From the NCBI GenBank assembly GCA_001829455.1, contig MIBH01000009.1, positions 2,263 to 63,158 on the forward strand: 60,896 nucleotides of DNA, given 5' to 3'. The position numbers and the translations under genes are program-made. How positions within the stretch are numbered: the first letter of the stretch is position 1; each line of letters opens with the position of its first letter. Positions 17,971-28,314 of this stretch are shown here, one piece after another. The notes below the pieces were generated by a model, which did no database searches, was not told the origin of the DNA, and worked only from the letters and a program-made list of their open reading frames with translations. Source of the stretch: Spirochaetes bacterium RBG_13_51_14 (lineage in GTDB: Bacteria; Spirochaetota; UBA4802; UBA5550).

Positions 17971-18860
17971 TAGAATTCCTTTAATCCAGCCGCTTCTCTT
18001 TTTCCCAGAAGACCACTGGGCCGCGCAAACAGGATGATAAGGAGTATGGCGATGGATATGGCGTCCTTATAAGCGAGCGGCATGATGCTGATGCTCATGG
18101 CCTCCAGCAGGCCGATGATTATCCCGCCGATGACGGCTCCGGTGCTGTTGCCCAGGCCGCCGAGAATGGCCACCGTGAACCCCTTGATCGCCAGTGACGT
18201 GCCGCAGTCGTACTGCGTCTGGGTTATCGGCGAGATGACGCATCCCGCCAGGGCGCCGATTGCCGCGGAAAGCATGAAGGATATGGTCACCATGTTTTTC
18301 GTGTTGATGCCGCAGAGGCGCGCCGCGGTGATGTTGGATGCACAGGCCCGCATGGAGCGGCCCGTGAGTGTGAACCTGAAAAACACGCCCAGAAACGCGA
18401 CGATGACGCCGCTGACGCCGAGAACCCACAACACTTGGGGAGAGATGTAGGCTCCCATGATATTGATCGACGTGACCTCGCTCCCGGTGAAATACGGCAG
18501 GGAGCGGACCTTCTCGTCCCAGACATGCAGGGCTATTTCCCGGATCATGATAGAGAGCCCGATGGTGACGATGACCATGTTCAGCACCGAGGGGCTCTTC
18601 AGCCGCCTGATGAAAATGAAGTCTATCAGCGCTCCCACCGCAGAGGTGATAATGACCGCCGCGAGAATCGCCAGGGGTAGCGGCATGAAGGAATGAAGCG
18701 ATATGGCGGTCATTCCCCCCAGCATGAGGAACTCGCCCTGGGCGAAGTTGATGATGCCGGTGGTGTTGTAGATGATATTAAAACCGATGGCGACAATGGC
18801 GTATATGCTCCCGCTGGTGATCCCGGAAAAAATGTATTGCAGCAATTGTTCGAACGGCAT
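17970..18860 (-). CDS. livH: branched-chain amino acid ABC transporter permease LivH
   Basis: GSIYAIVAIGFNIIYNTTGIINFAQGEF is typical of LivH. 1-nt overlap with livM. Confidence 0.9.
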   Translation of the reverse strand: MPFEQLLQYIFSGITSGSIYAIVAIGFNIIYNTTGIINFAQGEFLMLGGMTAISLHSFMPLPLAILAAVIITSAVGALIDFIFIRRLKSPSVLNMVIVTIGLSIMIREIALHVWDEKVRSLPYFTGSEVTSINIMGAYISPQVLWVLGVSGVIVAFLGVFFRFTLTGRSMRACASNITAARLCGINTKNMVTISFMLSAAIGALAGCVISPITQTQYDCGTSLAIKGFTVAILGGLGNSTGAVIGGIIIGLLEAMSISIMPLAYKDAISIAILLIILFARPSGLLGKREAAGLKEF

Positions 18861-18921
18861 GACGGGTCAATGAAGGCGCGGGGGCGGCGTCATGCGACGC
18901 CGCCCCCGCGCTGATATCTTT

Positions 18922-20076
18922 TTATTTATCTTCGTATTTGACGAACTTGCCGCCCTTTACGGTCAGCATATCAAAGGAATCTATTGCAAGCCCGTTGTGG
19001 TCCTGAACTGAAAAGTTGAAGATGCCGCCGGTTCCGGCAAAGCCTTTCAGGCTTTCTATGGCATCGCGGACTTTCTCTTTATCCGCGCCGGCCTTTTTAA
19101 TGGCCTCCACGAGGATCATCACGGCATCGTACGCATGCCCCCCGAAGGTGCTCACATCCTCGCCGTACTTGCCCTCATAATTCTTTTTGTACTTGGCAAG
19201 AACCGCCTTTTGAGGATGATTGTCGGGAAGGGTATCCACGATAAGCAGACGCCCGCAGGGGAATATGATTCCCTCTCCCGCCGCACCGGCTTCCCTGGCG
19301 TACTTGATGTTGCCGAATCCGTGGCTCTGGAAGAGCGGCACGTTCATGTTGAGCTGCTTCATGTTCTTCGGAACGATAGACTGTGCGGGCACGATGGACC
19401 AGTTCACCACAGCCTGCACATTATTCGCCTTGAGCTTGGTGAGCACGCCGGTAAGGTCGGTGGCCTTTTTGTCGTAGACCTCGCCGATCAGAATGGTGAT
19501 GCCGAACTTCGGCGCAATGGTCTCCAGCTGTTTCTTGCCGGCAAGGCCGAAGCCGTCGTTGCTGGCAACGACGCCGATTGTGGTGATCCCTTTCTTCTTC
19601 ATCACCTCGAAAATTTTCTCGGCAGCGTAGCTGTCCTTCTGCGGCGTCTTGAACACGTACTTCGCCACCGGGTTCACGATATCCTCCGCAGCGGCGCAGG
19701 AAAGCAGGATTGTCTTCCCGTCTTCACAGATGGCCTTGATCTTCATTGTTTCCCCGCTGGTCGAGGGGCCGATAATGGCGAAGACCTTGTTTTCCTCGAT
19801 AAGCTGCTTCGCGAATGAGATGGCCTTCTCCGGACTTCCGGTGGAATCCTTGATAATGAGCTCGAGGCTCTTGCCGTCCACGCCGCCGCTGGAATTGATT
19901 TCATCGATGATCATCTGGGCCGTCTTGGCTTCGGGGGCTCCCAGGAACGACGCCGGACCGGTTACTGCAAAAATGGCGCCGATCTTGATGGTTTCCCCGC
20001 TCTTCTTTTTACAGGAGACGGCAACGGCGAGAAAAGCCAAACATACAAAAACAACAAGAATCTTTTTAAATGACAT
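18922..20076 (-). CDS. livK: branched-chain amino acid ABC transporter substrate-binding lipoprotein
   Basis: Lipobox AVSC, then IKIGAIFAVTGPASFLGAPE.., a type I periplasmic-binding fold pattern. Confidence 0.9.
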   Translation of the reverse strand: MSFKKILVVFVCLAFLAVAVSCKKKSGETIKIGAIFAVTGPASFLGAPEAKTAQMIIDEINSSGGVDGKSLELIIKDSTGSPEKAISFAKQLIEENKVFAIIGPSTSGETMKIKAICEDGKTILLSCAAAEDIVNPVAKYVFKTPQKDSYAAEKIFEVMKKKGITTIGVVASNDGFGLAGKKQLETIAPKFGITILIGEVYDKKATDLTGVLTKLKANNVQAVVNWSIVPAQSIVPKNMKQLNMNVPLFQSHGFGNIKYAREAGAAGEGIIFPCGRLLIVDTLPDNHPQKAVLAKYKKNYEGKYGEDVSTFGGHAYDAVMILVEAIKKAGADKEKVRDAIESLKGFAGTGGIFNFSVQDHNGLAIDSFDMLTVKGGKFVKYEDK

Positions 20077-20159
20077 AATGCCTCCACAAAAAATAAGTGT
20101 AATTGATACAGTTCACGCGGGCATAAAGCGCACGTATTATTCAGCGTCTTACTTACCGG

Positions 20160-20960
20160 CTACTTCAGAAAAACAATCATGTCAAATGCTTCCTCTTTCT
20201 CGCCGTAGAGAGCGAAGAGGGGTAGGTCGATGATGGTGAGTTCTCCGATCCTCAGCATGTCCACCTTCTTCTCCTCTTTGTTTTTCTTGATGACGACCTT
20301 GTCCGGGTTGAATTTCTTACCAAGGAAAATCTGATAACGAACCGACGAGAGAAAGAGCTGGGTTATCTGTTTCCCCATCTGTTCCATTGACTGGTCGCCG
20401 GCGGTCGAGCCGTCAGCGGGTGTTTCGGCTTTCACGCCTTCCTTGCCTTTTTCATCTTTCTTCTGTTCACCCGGCTTCTTGACCGGTTCAAAATGAAACA
20501 CGACCTGCTTTTTCTCCGGCTGATACTGCGGGATCAGGGGAAAGTCCTCTTTTTTAATTTTATCAAAAGGAAACTTAGCGTAATCGGGCACCAAAAACGA
20601 AATCTCTATGCCGGAATCGAAATCATTCTCAATATTTTTAAAATTCAGGTTTTTCACCAGGCCTTTGAGAGTGTCGGGCAGCTCCTTTTTTTCTTTCTCC
20701 ATCAATTCTCCAAGGCTCTTGCTCTTTTTTTCATCTCCCTTCTGTCCCTGCTGGGCCTGATCCAGGGCCTTGGAGAAGCGGAACATCCAGCGCACGTTCA
20801 TCGTACCGTCATCCTTCCAGTCCAGTATATGGCTGATCTGAAAGCATTGCGTAAGAAGGAATAACGGCATAAAGATTACTGCCATCCGGGCCATGAGAGC
20901 CGCCCGCAACGGGCGACGCCGTACAGTATTGTTTTCATGCGATACAACAGATGATTTCAT
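20160..20960 (-). CDS. hypothetical Lys/Glu-rich exported protein, possibly a lipoprotein
   Basis: 266 aa. Hydrophobic segment MAVIFMPLFLLTQC. No motif recognised. Confidence 0.6.
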   Translation of the reverse strand: MKSSVVSHENNTVRRRPLRAALMARMAVIFMPLFLLTQCFQISHILDWKDDGTMNVRWMFRFSKALDQAQQGQKGDEKKSKSLGELMEKEKKELPDTLKGLVKNLNFKNIENDFDSGIEISFLVPDYAKFPFDKIKKEDFPLIPQYQPEKKQVVFHFEPVKKPGEQKKDEKGKEGVKAETPADGSTAGDQSMEQMGKQITQLFLSSVRYQIFLGKKFNPDKVVIKKNKEEKKVDMLRIGELTIIDLPLFALYGEKEEAFDMIVFLK

Positions 20961-21269
20961 ATTATTTCAGACTCCTGAGATAGTTTGATGTTAACGCCCG
21001 TCGAACCGGAAACGATTAACGTGCTGCGGCATCGTTGAACGCACCCGCCAGCCGCCGCTGACAGCTCGATCACATCCGTATTTTCCATGCCGAACGGAGC
21101 CGGATGCCTCTTTCTCCCCGATCTTGATTGAGAATAGTTATCAGGCAAAAGTCAAGCAAATAAAACAAAATCCACCGGCCGATGGACTGTTCCCGGCACT
21201 TAACGCCTTTTGATAAAAAAAGGTTTGCAATTTAAACGCATTATGATAAAAATTATGAGGGAAATAGTG

Positions 21270-22397
21270 ATGCACGGCACCGTGGATCGGACAGCACGAG
21301 AAAAACATATGGTCATAAAACATCGAAAACCGGCAAATGCCGGAGAAAAGCAAAAAAAGTCGGAAGACCGATCTCGGCCGGCCGAGCCGCTCATCACAGC
21401 AATTGACGCGCACCGCCCCCTCCTTGAATCCCTGCCGGATTCGCTGATAATCAACGATCTTAACTGCACGATAGTACTGGCGAGCAAAGAGGCCGCCCTG
21501 ATGCACGGATTTGACAGCTCGGAAGATTTGATCGGGATGAACGCATTTGACCTCATCGCGCCGGAAGACCATAGCAACGCGATGGCGGGCCTGGACCGGC
21601 TGCTGGAAAAGGGCAACCTACTCATAGAGCACATCCTTATAAAAAAGGACGGGACTCGATTCCCGGCCGAGATGCGCTTCACGCTCCTTCGGGACATCGA
21701 CGGCAGGCCCATCGGAATCATCTCATCGGCCCGCGATATCAGCGAGCGAAAGCATGCTGAAGTGAAGCTCATAGCGTCCCTCAGGGAAAAGGAGACCCTC
21801 TTAAAAGAGATACACCACCGGGTCAAGAACAACCTGCAGATCATCACCAGCCTTCTGAGCCTTCAGTCACGGAACATCTCCGACGCCGATCTGCTCAGGA
21901 ATTTTACGGATGCGCAGAACCGTATCAGATCCATGGCGCTGGTCCATGAGCGGCTGTACCAGTCCGAGGATTTCGGCAGGATCAATTTCCGGCTCTATGC
22001 GACAGAGCTCGCCGACGATGTCATGGGCAGCTATGCGGCCGTTGCGCAGAACATCAGACTCAGTATTGACGTCGAAAGCCTGCATCTCCCCATTGATTGT
22101 GCGATTCCATCCGGGCTGATTATTACCGAACTGCTGACGAATGCCATAAAGCACGCGTTCCCCGGCTCATGGAACGGAAATCCGGAAATAAAAATCGTGT
22201 TTCACCGGAAGGAGGGCGATCTGGTTGAACTGAAAGTGGTCGATAACGGCGTCGGCATCCCTGACGGCGTCGAAACCGGCGCAACGGGAACCCTCGGCCT
22301 GTCTCTGGTGCCGATGCTCGCCAAGCAGCTGAGCGGTAAAACCACCCTGGATCGATCCGGCGGGACTACATGGAGCATCAGGTTCCGCATGGCGTAG
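21270..22397 (+). CDS. PAS-domain sensor histidine kinase (HisKA_2 / HWE-like type)
   Basis: PAS segment, H-box EIHHRVKNNLQIITSLLSLQ, and an ATPase domain with ELLTNAIKHAF and G-box. The ATG at 21270 has GAGGGA 7 nt upstream. The ORF track starts at a TTG at 21210. Confidence 0.88.
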   Translation: MHGTVDRTAREKHMVIKHRKPANAGEKQKKSEDRSRPAEPLITAIDAHRPLLESLPDSLIINDLNCTIVLASKEAALMHGFDSSEDLIGMNAFDLIAPEDHSNAMAGLDRLLEKGNLLIEHILIKKDGTRFPAEMRFTLLRDIDGRPIGIISSARDISERKHAEVKLIASLREKETLLKEIHHRVKNNLQIITSLLSLQSRNISDADLLRNFTDAQNRIRSMALVHERLYQSEDFGRINFRLYATELADDVMGSYAAVAQNIRLSIDVESLHLPIDCAIPSGLIITELLTNAIKHAFPGSWNGNPEIKIVFHRKEGDLVELKVVDNGVGIPDGVETGATGTLGLSLVPMLAKQLSGKTTLDRSGGTTWSIRFRMA

Positions 22398-22444
22398 TAG
22401 CGGATGTTCGGGCGAATGCGCCGCCCGACAGGCTTGAAACGGAT

Positions 22445-24613
22445 CTATTCTATATTTTTAACGATTCCATCAAGCTGTTTTACTTTTTCGTTGATTGACC
22501 TCGACACGTCGCTTATGGTGACGGTGGATTGCGACACTTCCTGCGCGATATCGGAGAGGCGCGAAATCGTATTCAAGGTCTCTTCCATGGCTGAGTTCTG
22601 CTCCCTGGTCGATATGGTGATCTCTTCGGACAGGTTGTCCATGAGCTCCGCCTGCTTGGTGACGTCCTGAATCGACACCGCCTGGCTGGTCATCAGCTTC
22701 GCGACCGCGTCAATGCGGCTGTTTACGGCCTCCACCGTCTTGAAGATCACCTGGATGGAATTATTGGTGTTGTTCACCATGCCCAGCCCTTCCTGGATAT
22801 CCTGGGATATCTGTCTGATCTTGGTCGAGATTTCCTTTGAATTGTCGGAGGTCGCCTGAGCGAGCTTGCCGATCTCGTCCGCGACCACCGCGAAGCCCCT
22901 GCCGTGCTCGCCGGCGCGGGCCGCCTCGATCGCCGCGTTCAGGCTGAGGAGGTTTATCCGGGCTGTGATGTCGTCGATCATGACAACGAATTGATCGATC
23001 GACGTGCCCCCCTTCATGATGACGTCCATTTTGCTGATCAGGTTCCTCATAGTGAACTCGGTTATGTTGGTCGCGTCGGATATGACCTGCATGCTGTCCA
23101 CGACCGCCTGGCTCGATTCATTGATTGTATGCTGCGTTTCAACCGCCAGTCCGGAAAGCTCGCGCGTTTTCTTTCCTTCTTCCTTCTGGCTGACGGTCCG
23201 CTTGTAGATCCGGTCATTGGCCACGACCAGCTCCTCAAAGGTCGCCGACATCTCCTCGCTCGTCGACGCCTGCTCGGTGGACAGCTCGTTGAACCTGGCG
23301 CCGATGGCCGAAAGCTCATATCCGATCACCAGGAGGTCCTGGGACATCGATTTGACCGTATTGACGATCTCCTCGAGATACCGGGCGCGATCCCGTGCCT
23401 CCCTTTCGCTTTTTTCGAAGTTTTCGTTCAGCTTCTTTAGATCCCTCCCCATTATGTTTATCTTATCCGCCAGCCCCAGTGAAAGGAGCACGACCATGAG
23501 CGACGATCCGATCTGAATGCTCCACTGTGTGAATAGATTAACGGGGAGAATGCCGAAGGTCTTAAGGGCGAACGCGGCAACACCCAGGAGAATGCCGGTG
23601 AAAGCTACGAGAAAAAACCGTGCCTGCCTTGATCCGCGAATGGTTAAGATGACGGCGATTATAACCATGGCAAATGCGTAGAAGCCGGAGTTGGCCGTGT
23701 TCAGTTTAATGCTCATCTTGTAGTTGCCCAGGAGGGACACGAGACCGAATATCAAACCTGGTATGACCAATGCGAAGATGACAACTTTATCCATTTTACG
23801 GTAATGAATGAACGTCTGCATATATTCACGACAGAAGAGCGCCCCGGCACACGTCGCGAGTCCCATGAACAGAGGAAGGCAATTGTTCGCCCACCATATC
23901 GAATTCGGCCACAGATACTGGAAGGAAAATCCGTTCAGTGTCATCTGGAAAAGTATCCATAATGATATAAACCCGGAAAACAGAATATAGTTTCGTTCGC
24001 GTATCGCAATAAAAAGGAGCAGGTTATAGATGACCATTACCATCATGAGCCCGTAATATATCCAGAACAGGGGCTGCTCGGTAAAGACGTTGTTGAAATA
24101 GGCATTCGGCGACCACGCCAATACCTTGAAATTCATCGAGCTGGTCGTCTTGATGCGCAGGTAATGCGCGGCAGTACCAGGCAGTGCGTCAAGCGAGAAG
24201 ATAAAGGTCTTGTCCTTTATGTCACGCTCGCTGAACGGGTGATGGTCCCCGGTTTCTTTAGGGATAAAATTGCCCTTCCCTGCCGGCACAAAGAGGGTGA
24301 TGAAATCGAGCATCGGATAATCGATTTCAAGGAACCATGGCATATCCTTTTTCCCTTCATTGGCGACCGCAAGCCTGAACCAGTACACCGAGCCGGTGAA
24401 CCCGAAATTGAAGGCATTTTTTTTCGTCCGGGACCACGGTATCGCCGGAGCGGCTATATCCCGTATGGTCATCGTCCCCGGTGAGTCTTCGTAGTATTCC
24501 AAATCGCCGGTGATATTCTTTGTTGTGAGCTCTTTATCGATGACAACCGTATTCGCGTGGGAGATGTCGTACAGAATAAAAATGAATATGAAAGTATAAA
24601 AATATTTTTTCAT
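22445..24613 (-). CDS. 7TMR-DISM-type sensor fused to a methyl-accepting chemotaxis signalling domain
   Basis: Signal peptide, a periplasmic domain of about 170 aa, seven hydrophobic helices, then the MCP core [31 protein letters not shown]. Confidence 0.85.
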   Translation of the reverse strand: MKKYFYTFIFIFILYDISHANTVVIDKELTTKNITGDLEYYEDSPGTMTIRDIAAPAIPWSRTKKNAFNFGFTGSVYWFRLAVANEGKKDMPWFLEIDYPMLDFITLFVPAGKGNFIPKETGDHHPFSERDIKDKTFIFSLDALPGTAAHYLRIKTTSSMNFKVLAWSPNAYFNNVFTEQPLFWIYYGLMMVMVIYNLLLFIAIRERNYILFSGFISLWILFQMTLNGFSFQYLWPNSIWWANNCLPLFMGLATCAGALFCREYMQTFIHYRKMDKVVIFALVIPGLIFGLVSLLGNYKMSIKLNTANSGFYAFAMVIIAVILTIRGSRQARFFLVAFTGILLGVAAFALKTFGILPVNLFTQWSIQIGSSLMVVLLSLGLADKINIMGRDLKKLNENFEKSEREARDRARYLEEIVNTVKSMSQDLLVIGYELSAIGARFNELSTEQASTSEEMSATFEELVVANDRIYKRTVSQKEEGKKTRELSGLAVETQHTINESSQAVVDSMQVISDATNITEFTMRNLISKMDVIMKGGTSIDQFVVMIDDITARINLLSLNAAIEAARAGEHGRGFAVVADEIGKLAQATSDNSKEISTKIRQISQDIQEGLGMVNNTNNSIQVIFKTVEAVNSRIDAVAKLMTSQAVSIQDVTKQAELMDNLSEEITISTREQNSAMEETLNTISRLSDIAQEVSQSTVTISDVSRSINEKVKQLDGIVKNIE

Positions 24614-24865
24614 ATCGACGGATCCTTAATTGATATTCACGGTGCATCCCTTATCAGCACCATACGCCATTATTGATTAGAATCATAGGGTGATTAACAG
24701 CGCTGCCGGCCATGAGATTCATTCATGCTGAGAACAGCTTCAGAACATGATTTATACAGGGGCATTTTCTGTCCAGCTTTATCTTCCGCATGTTATCTTA
24801 CAATGACATATTTCAAGAAGTATACAGTAACCGGTGCGGGTATCCGGTCCAACATCGCTATATTG

Positions 24866-27115
24866 CTACCGGACCTCGATTCCGATGAGAACGATATCGT
24901 CCTCCAGGGGAAAGCCGTCGCGGAAAGAATTGACCGCATCCATGATCGCATCCATCGACAGCGAAAGATCGCGCTGGCGGGCCGTGCGCATGATATTCGC
25001 AAGCTCGTCAAAGCCGAATATTTGCCCGGATTCGTTTCTGGATTCGGGCAGGCCGTCGGTATAGAGGTATATCCGGTCCCCCGGTTTGCAATCGACCGAT
25101 TTTTCTTTATAGACGGCATTTTCAAACTGGCCGATGATGGTGCCTCTGCTGCTCAATACCTCGGCCCGTCCGTCGGCCCGGAGCAGCACGGGAGGCATAT
25201 GGCCCCCTTTCGCGAACGTGAAACGGACTGAATCGTGGGCGGCGCTTAAATCAAAATAGCCGTAGAGAGCGGTGAGAAAGTAGGCCGGCATGCCCTCCAT
25301 CAGCTCGCTGTTAAGGCTTTTGATGAACTCCTCCGGGCTCTGCCCGTAACTCCTGCGGACACGGTCAGCGGTAGCCTTGAGCAGTGAAATGAACAGCGCA
25401 GACGATACGCCGTGGCCGGCCACATCGCCGATAAAAACGCCGAAGCCGCCCTCCTTCAGGGCCGTAAATGAAAAATAATCTCCGCCCACCGCCTCCAGAG
25501 GAAAATAGCGGAACTGGATCCACAGACGGTCGCATTCCGGCGGGCTCGAGGGAAGAAGTGCCGCGTGGATGAATTTGGCGTGTGTCAGTTCTTTCTCAAA
25601 GAGCATGTTCCGCTCGCGGAGCTGTTCCTCGCTCGCTTTCAGTTCGATCTGCATGTTTTTCCGCTCATCAATGTCCCGGGAAGAGAGTATGATGGTACTG
25701 ATCTTTCCGCCCGGTCCATATACCGCACTTCGGACGCACTCAATCCAGTGGTACGTACCGTCGGCGAGCCGCACCCGTAATTCGGCGAAATCGGCGACGT
25801 CGCTGTTCAGAAATCCCCGCTCGATCATGGCATTGAGTGACGCTTTGTCATCGGGATGTATGATTTGATCCGCTCTGATTCCAAGGAGTTCCTCATGGCG
25901 GTACCCCAGCCTGGCATGGGACGGGCTCACGTACCGGAATATGCCGTTTGCGTCAATCATGGCCACGTAATCGAGCATATTCTCGGTGATGAGCCGGAAC
26001 CGCTCCCGGCTCTCCTGAAGGGCGGCATCGCTTTTAAAACGGAGCTCCCGTTCCCGCTCAAGCTGTTTGGCCTCGGTTAGGTCGTATCCCGTTACCACAA
26101 GCCCGATGAAATCACCGTTCTCATCACGCATGAGCGACGCCGATATCATAGCGGGCACTATCGCGCCCATGCGCGTTTTGAAATTTCCCTCAAAACTGAA
26201 GCCGGGTATTCCGTTCTCACGCACCCGCGTGAATTCCTCTTTGAAAATATACTGCTCAAGGATAACCGTTTCAACAGGCGATCCCCTGAGCTCATGCTCA
26301 TGGTAGCCGGTCATAGCGCAGAGCGCCGGATTGACCCGTATGATCCTTCCCCGCGCATCGAGAAGCATCAGCATGTCCATCATCTTTGATATTATCTCAT
26401 CGGCGGCGACGGCGGCCGTCAGCGTCAGGAAGCGGTGCCGCACGATGGTGAGCCACGTGCCCACCGCCCACACGAGGATAATGACGGGCGATACGGACGG
26501 CAGCGCGATTGCGTTCAGCGATGGAAAGATAACGTCGGTAACGACGCTCAGGAACAGCGTTATGGAACCGCTGACAACGATCGTGAGCGCCTGCTTCTTC
26601 TCGCGCTTAACCGCCGTCCTGCGGCCCCACCAGAGCGTGAGCGCAAGGCCGAACAGAATATACGACAGCTGTATGACGAGAAAGGCATAGTACCACCATA
26701 AATCGGTCGGCTTCACCTCTTTCCATCCCAGGGGCACCCTGATGAAATCGCTGACCGTGAGCACCCCGGTGAGTTCCTTCGCCATGAACGCGATCCCGGG
26801 TGCATACAGCAGCGCGTATATCCATCTCCTTGAGAGGAGTCGCTTTCGACGAGTCAGGATGAGGATAAAGTGCAGGAATATTCCCGCAAAGGGACTCCAG
26901 CCGATGGTCCCGACTTTAACCCATGCCCACAGCTCATTTTTGTCCGTTATCGAATACACGGCCATGTACGAGAGCGACCAGAATATGAAACAGAGGCAGA
27001 GGACGCTGAACACCCGGTTCAGCGCCGAACGGGGGTCCTTTCTGATGGCATATATGCCGAGATTGATAAACAGGAGTATTGAAAGGAATGAAAATACCGA
27101 TAGTATGTTAACCAT
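24866..27115 (-). CDS. membrane sensor with PAS domains and a PP2C/SpoIIE-type phosphatase (RsbU-like)
   Basis: About seven N-terminal TM helices, two PAS-like segments, and C-terminal GDVAGHGVSSALF .. LYTDGLPE phosphatase motifs. Confidence 0.88.
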   Translation of the reverse strand: MVNILSVFSFLSILLFINLGIYAIRKDPRSALNRVFSVLCLCFIFWSLSYMAVYSITDKNELWAWVKVGTIGWSPFAGIFLHFILILTRRKRLLSRRWIYALLYAPGIAFMAKELTGVLTVSDFIRVPLGWKEVKPTDLWWYYAFLVIQLSYILFGLALTLWWGRRTAVKREKKQALTIVVSGSITLFLSVVTDVIFPSLNAIALPSVSPVIILVWAVGTWLTIVRHRFLTLTAAVAADEIISKMMDMLMLLDARGRIIRVNPALCAMTGYHEHELRGSPVETVILEQYIFKEEFTRVRENGIPGFSFEGNFKTRMGAIVPAMISASLMRDENGDFIGLVVTGYDLTEAKQLERERELRFKSDAALQESRERFRLITENMLDYVAMIDANGIFRYVSPSHARLGYRHEELLGIRADQIIHPDDKASLNAMIERGFLNSDVADFAELRVRLADGTYHWIECVRSAVYGPGGKISTIILSSRDIDERKNMQIELKASEEQLRERNMLFEKELTHAKFIHAALLPSSPPECDRLWIQFRYFPLEAVGGDYFSFTALKEGGFGVFIGDVAGHGVSSALFISLLKATADRVRRSYGQSPEEFIKSLNSELMEGMPAYFLTALYGYFDLSAAHDSVRFTFAKGGHMPPVLLRADGRAEVLSSRGTIIGQFENAVYKEKSVDCKPGDRIYLYTDGLPESRNESGQIFGFDELANIMRTARQRDLSLSMDAIMDAVNSFRDGFPLEDDIVLIGIEVR

Positions 27116-27582
27116 AACGCTGTTTTTTCATTTGCCTCAGTTTAGGTGACCTTTTACTCCGGCTTAATATGAATTTAATAGCCGGGGCGCGCTCAAGACT
27201 TTATTCATCATTTATATGAGTGGATTTAAGTATATCCGTCCTTCATCTGATGGATTCTGGAGCTTTATAAAACAGCCCCGGGAATAAATAATTAATGGAA
27301 ATTTCGCATTGCATTAATTACTTCAATAATAATCCTCCATTAAGAATTTAAGTCAAATTATTTTTATTGTCCAATAATCTGGTTTATAATAAAAGATGTA
27401 ACATGGATAGTATTAAAAATAATACATACAAATATATGTTCAAATTTTAATATGGTATGACCGGTTAATCATATCTCTGCTATCATATACGAAAGCGAAC
27501 AAAGCTGTCTATCATTTGATAAAATTATTTACAAAAAATAGTATCTGCCAATAATAAAAAAATAAAGACCCGGGATACGATT

Positions 27583-28173
27583 ATGACAAAACTCCGGTGG
27601 AAGCCTTCGACGATTCTCAACCCTGTGCCGGTGGTAATGGTAACCTGCGCGGACAGTCACGGTACGCCCAACATCATCACCATCGCCTGGACCGGCACCG
27701 TCAATTCCGAACCGCCCATGGTCTCTCTTTCCGTGCGGCCGGAGCGATATTCCCACGGCCTGATAAAAAAGGAGCGCCAGTTTGTCATCAATCTGGTGAC
27801 CAGACGCCTCATCCGCGCCGCTGATTTCTGCGGCGTGAACTCAGGCCGCGACATCGACAAATTCCGTGCAGCGGGCCTCACGCCCGTACCGGCGTCAGTC
27901 GTCAGAGCTCCCCTCATCGCAGAAAGTCCGGTGAACATCGAATGCCTCGTTAAAAAGATCATTCCCCTGGGATCCCATGACCTCTTTTTGGCCGAAATTA
28001 CCGCGGTAAACGTGGACGAGGGTCTGCTGGACGGCCGAGGCCGGCTCCGCCTTGACCGTGCGGGGTTGGTGTGCTACAACCACGGTGAGTACTTCAGCCT
28101 CCTCGGCAAGGCGTTGGGATACTTCGGCTATTCAGTGCGTCGAAGAAAAAAGCTCAAGCGGAACAGGAAATAG
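27583..28173 (+). CDS. flavin reductase-like (FMN-binding split-barrel) protein
   Basis: PVPVVMVTCADSHGTPNIITIAWTGTVNSEPPMVSLSVRP pattern. Confidence 0.85.
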   Translation: MTKLRWKPSTILNPVPVVMVTCADSHGTPNIITIAWTGTVNSEPPMVSLSVRPERYSHGLIKKERQFVINLVTRRLIRAADFCGVNSGRDIDKFRAAGLTPVPASVVRAPLIAESPVNIECLVKKIIPLGSHDLFLAEITAVNVDEGLLDGRGRLRLDRAGLVCYNHGEYFSLLGKALGYFGYSVRRRKKLKRNRK

Positions 28174-28256
28174 CGGCGTCCGCCATCCCGAATATCAATT
28201 CAATCAGTTTCTTGAAAAACGCCGATACTTCCATGTCATGTTGAAGGGCTGTCCTA

Positions 28257-28294
28257 AAAGCCCCCCTCTGGGGGGTTGGGGGGAACTTTTGGAA
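28257..28294 (-). terminator. C6/G6 hairpin element directly 3' of the permease gene; near-identical to 11698-11740
   Basis: Minus strand reads AAAAGTTCCCCCCAACCCCCCAGAGGGGGGCTTTTAGG, a hairpin followed by a T4 run. Confidence 0.45.
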
Positions 28295-28314
28295 CAGCCC
28301 CTTCCTGCAAACTG

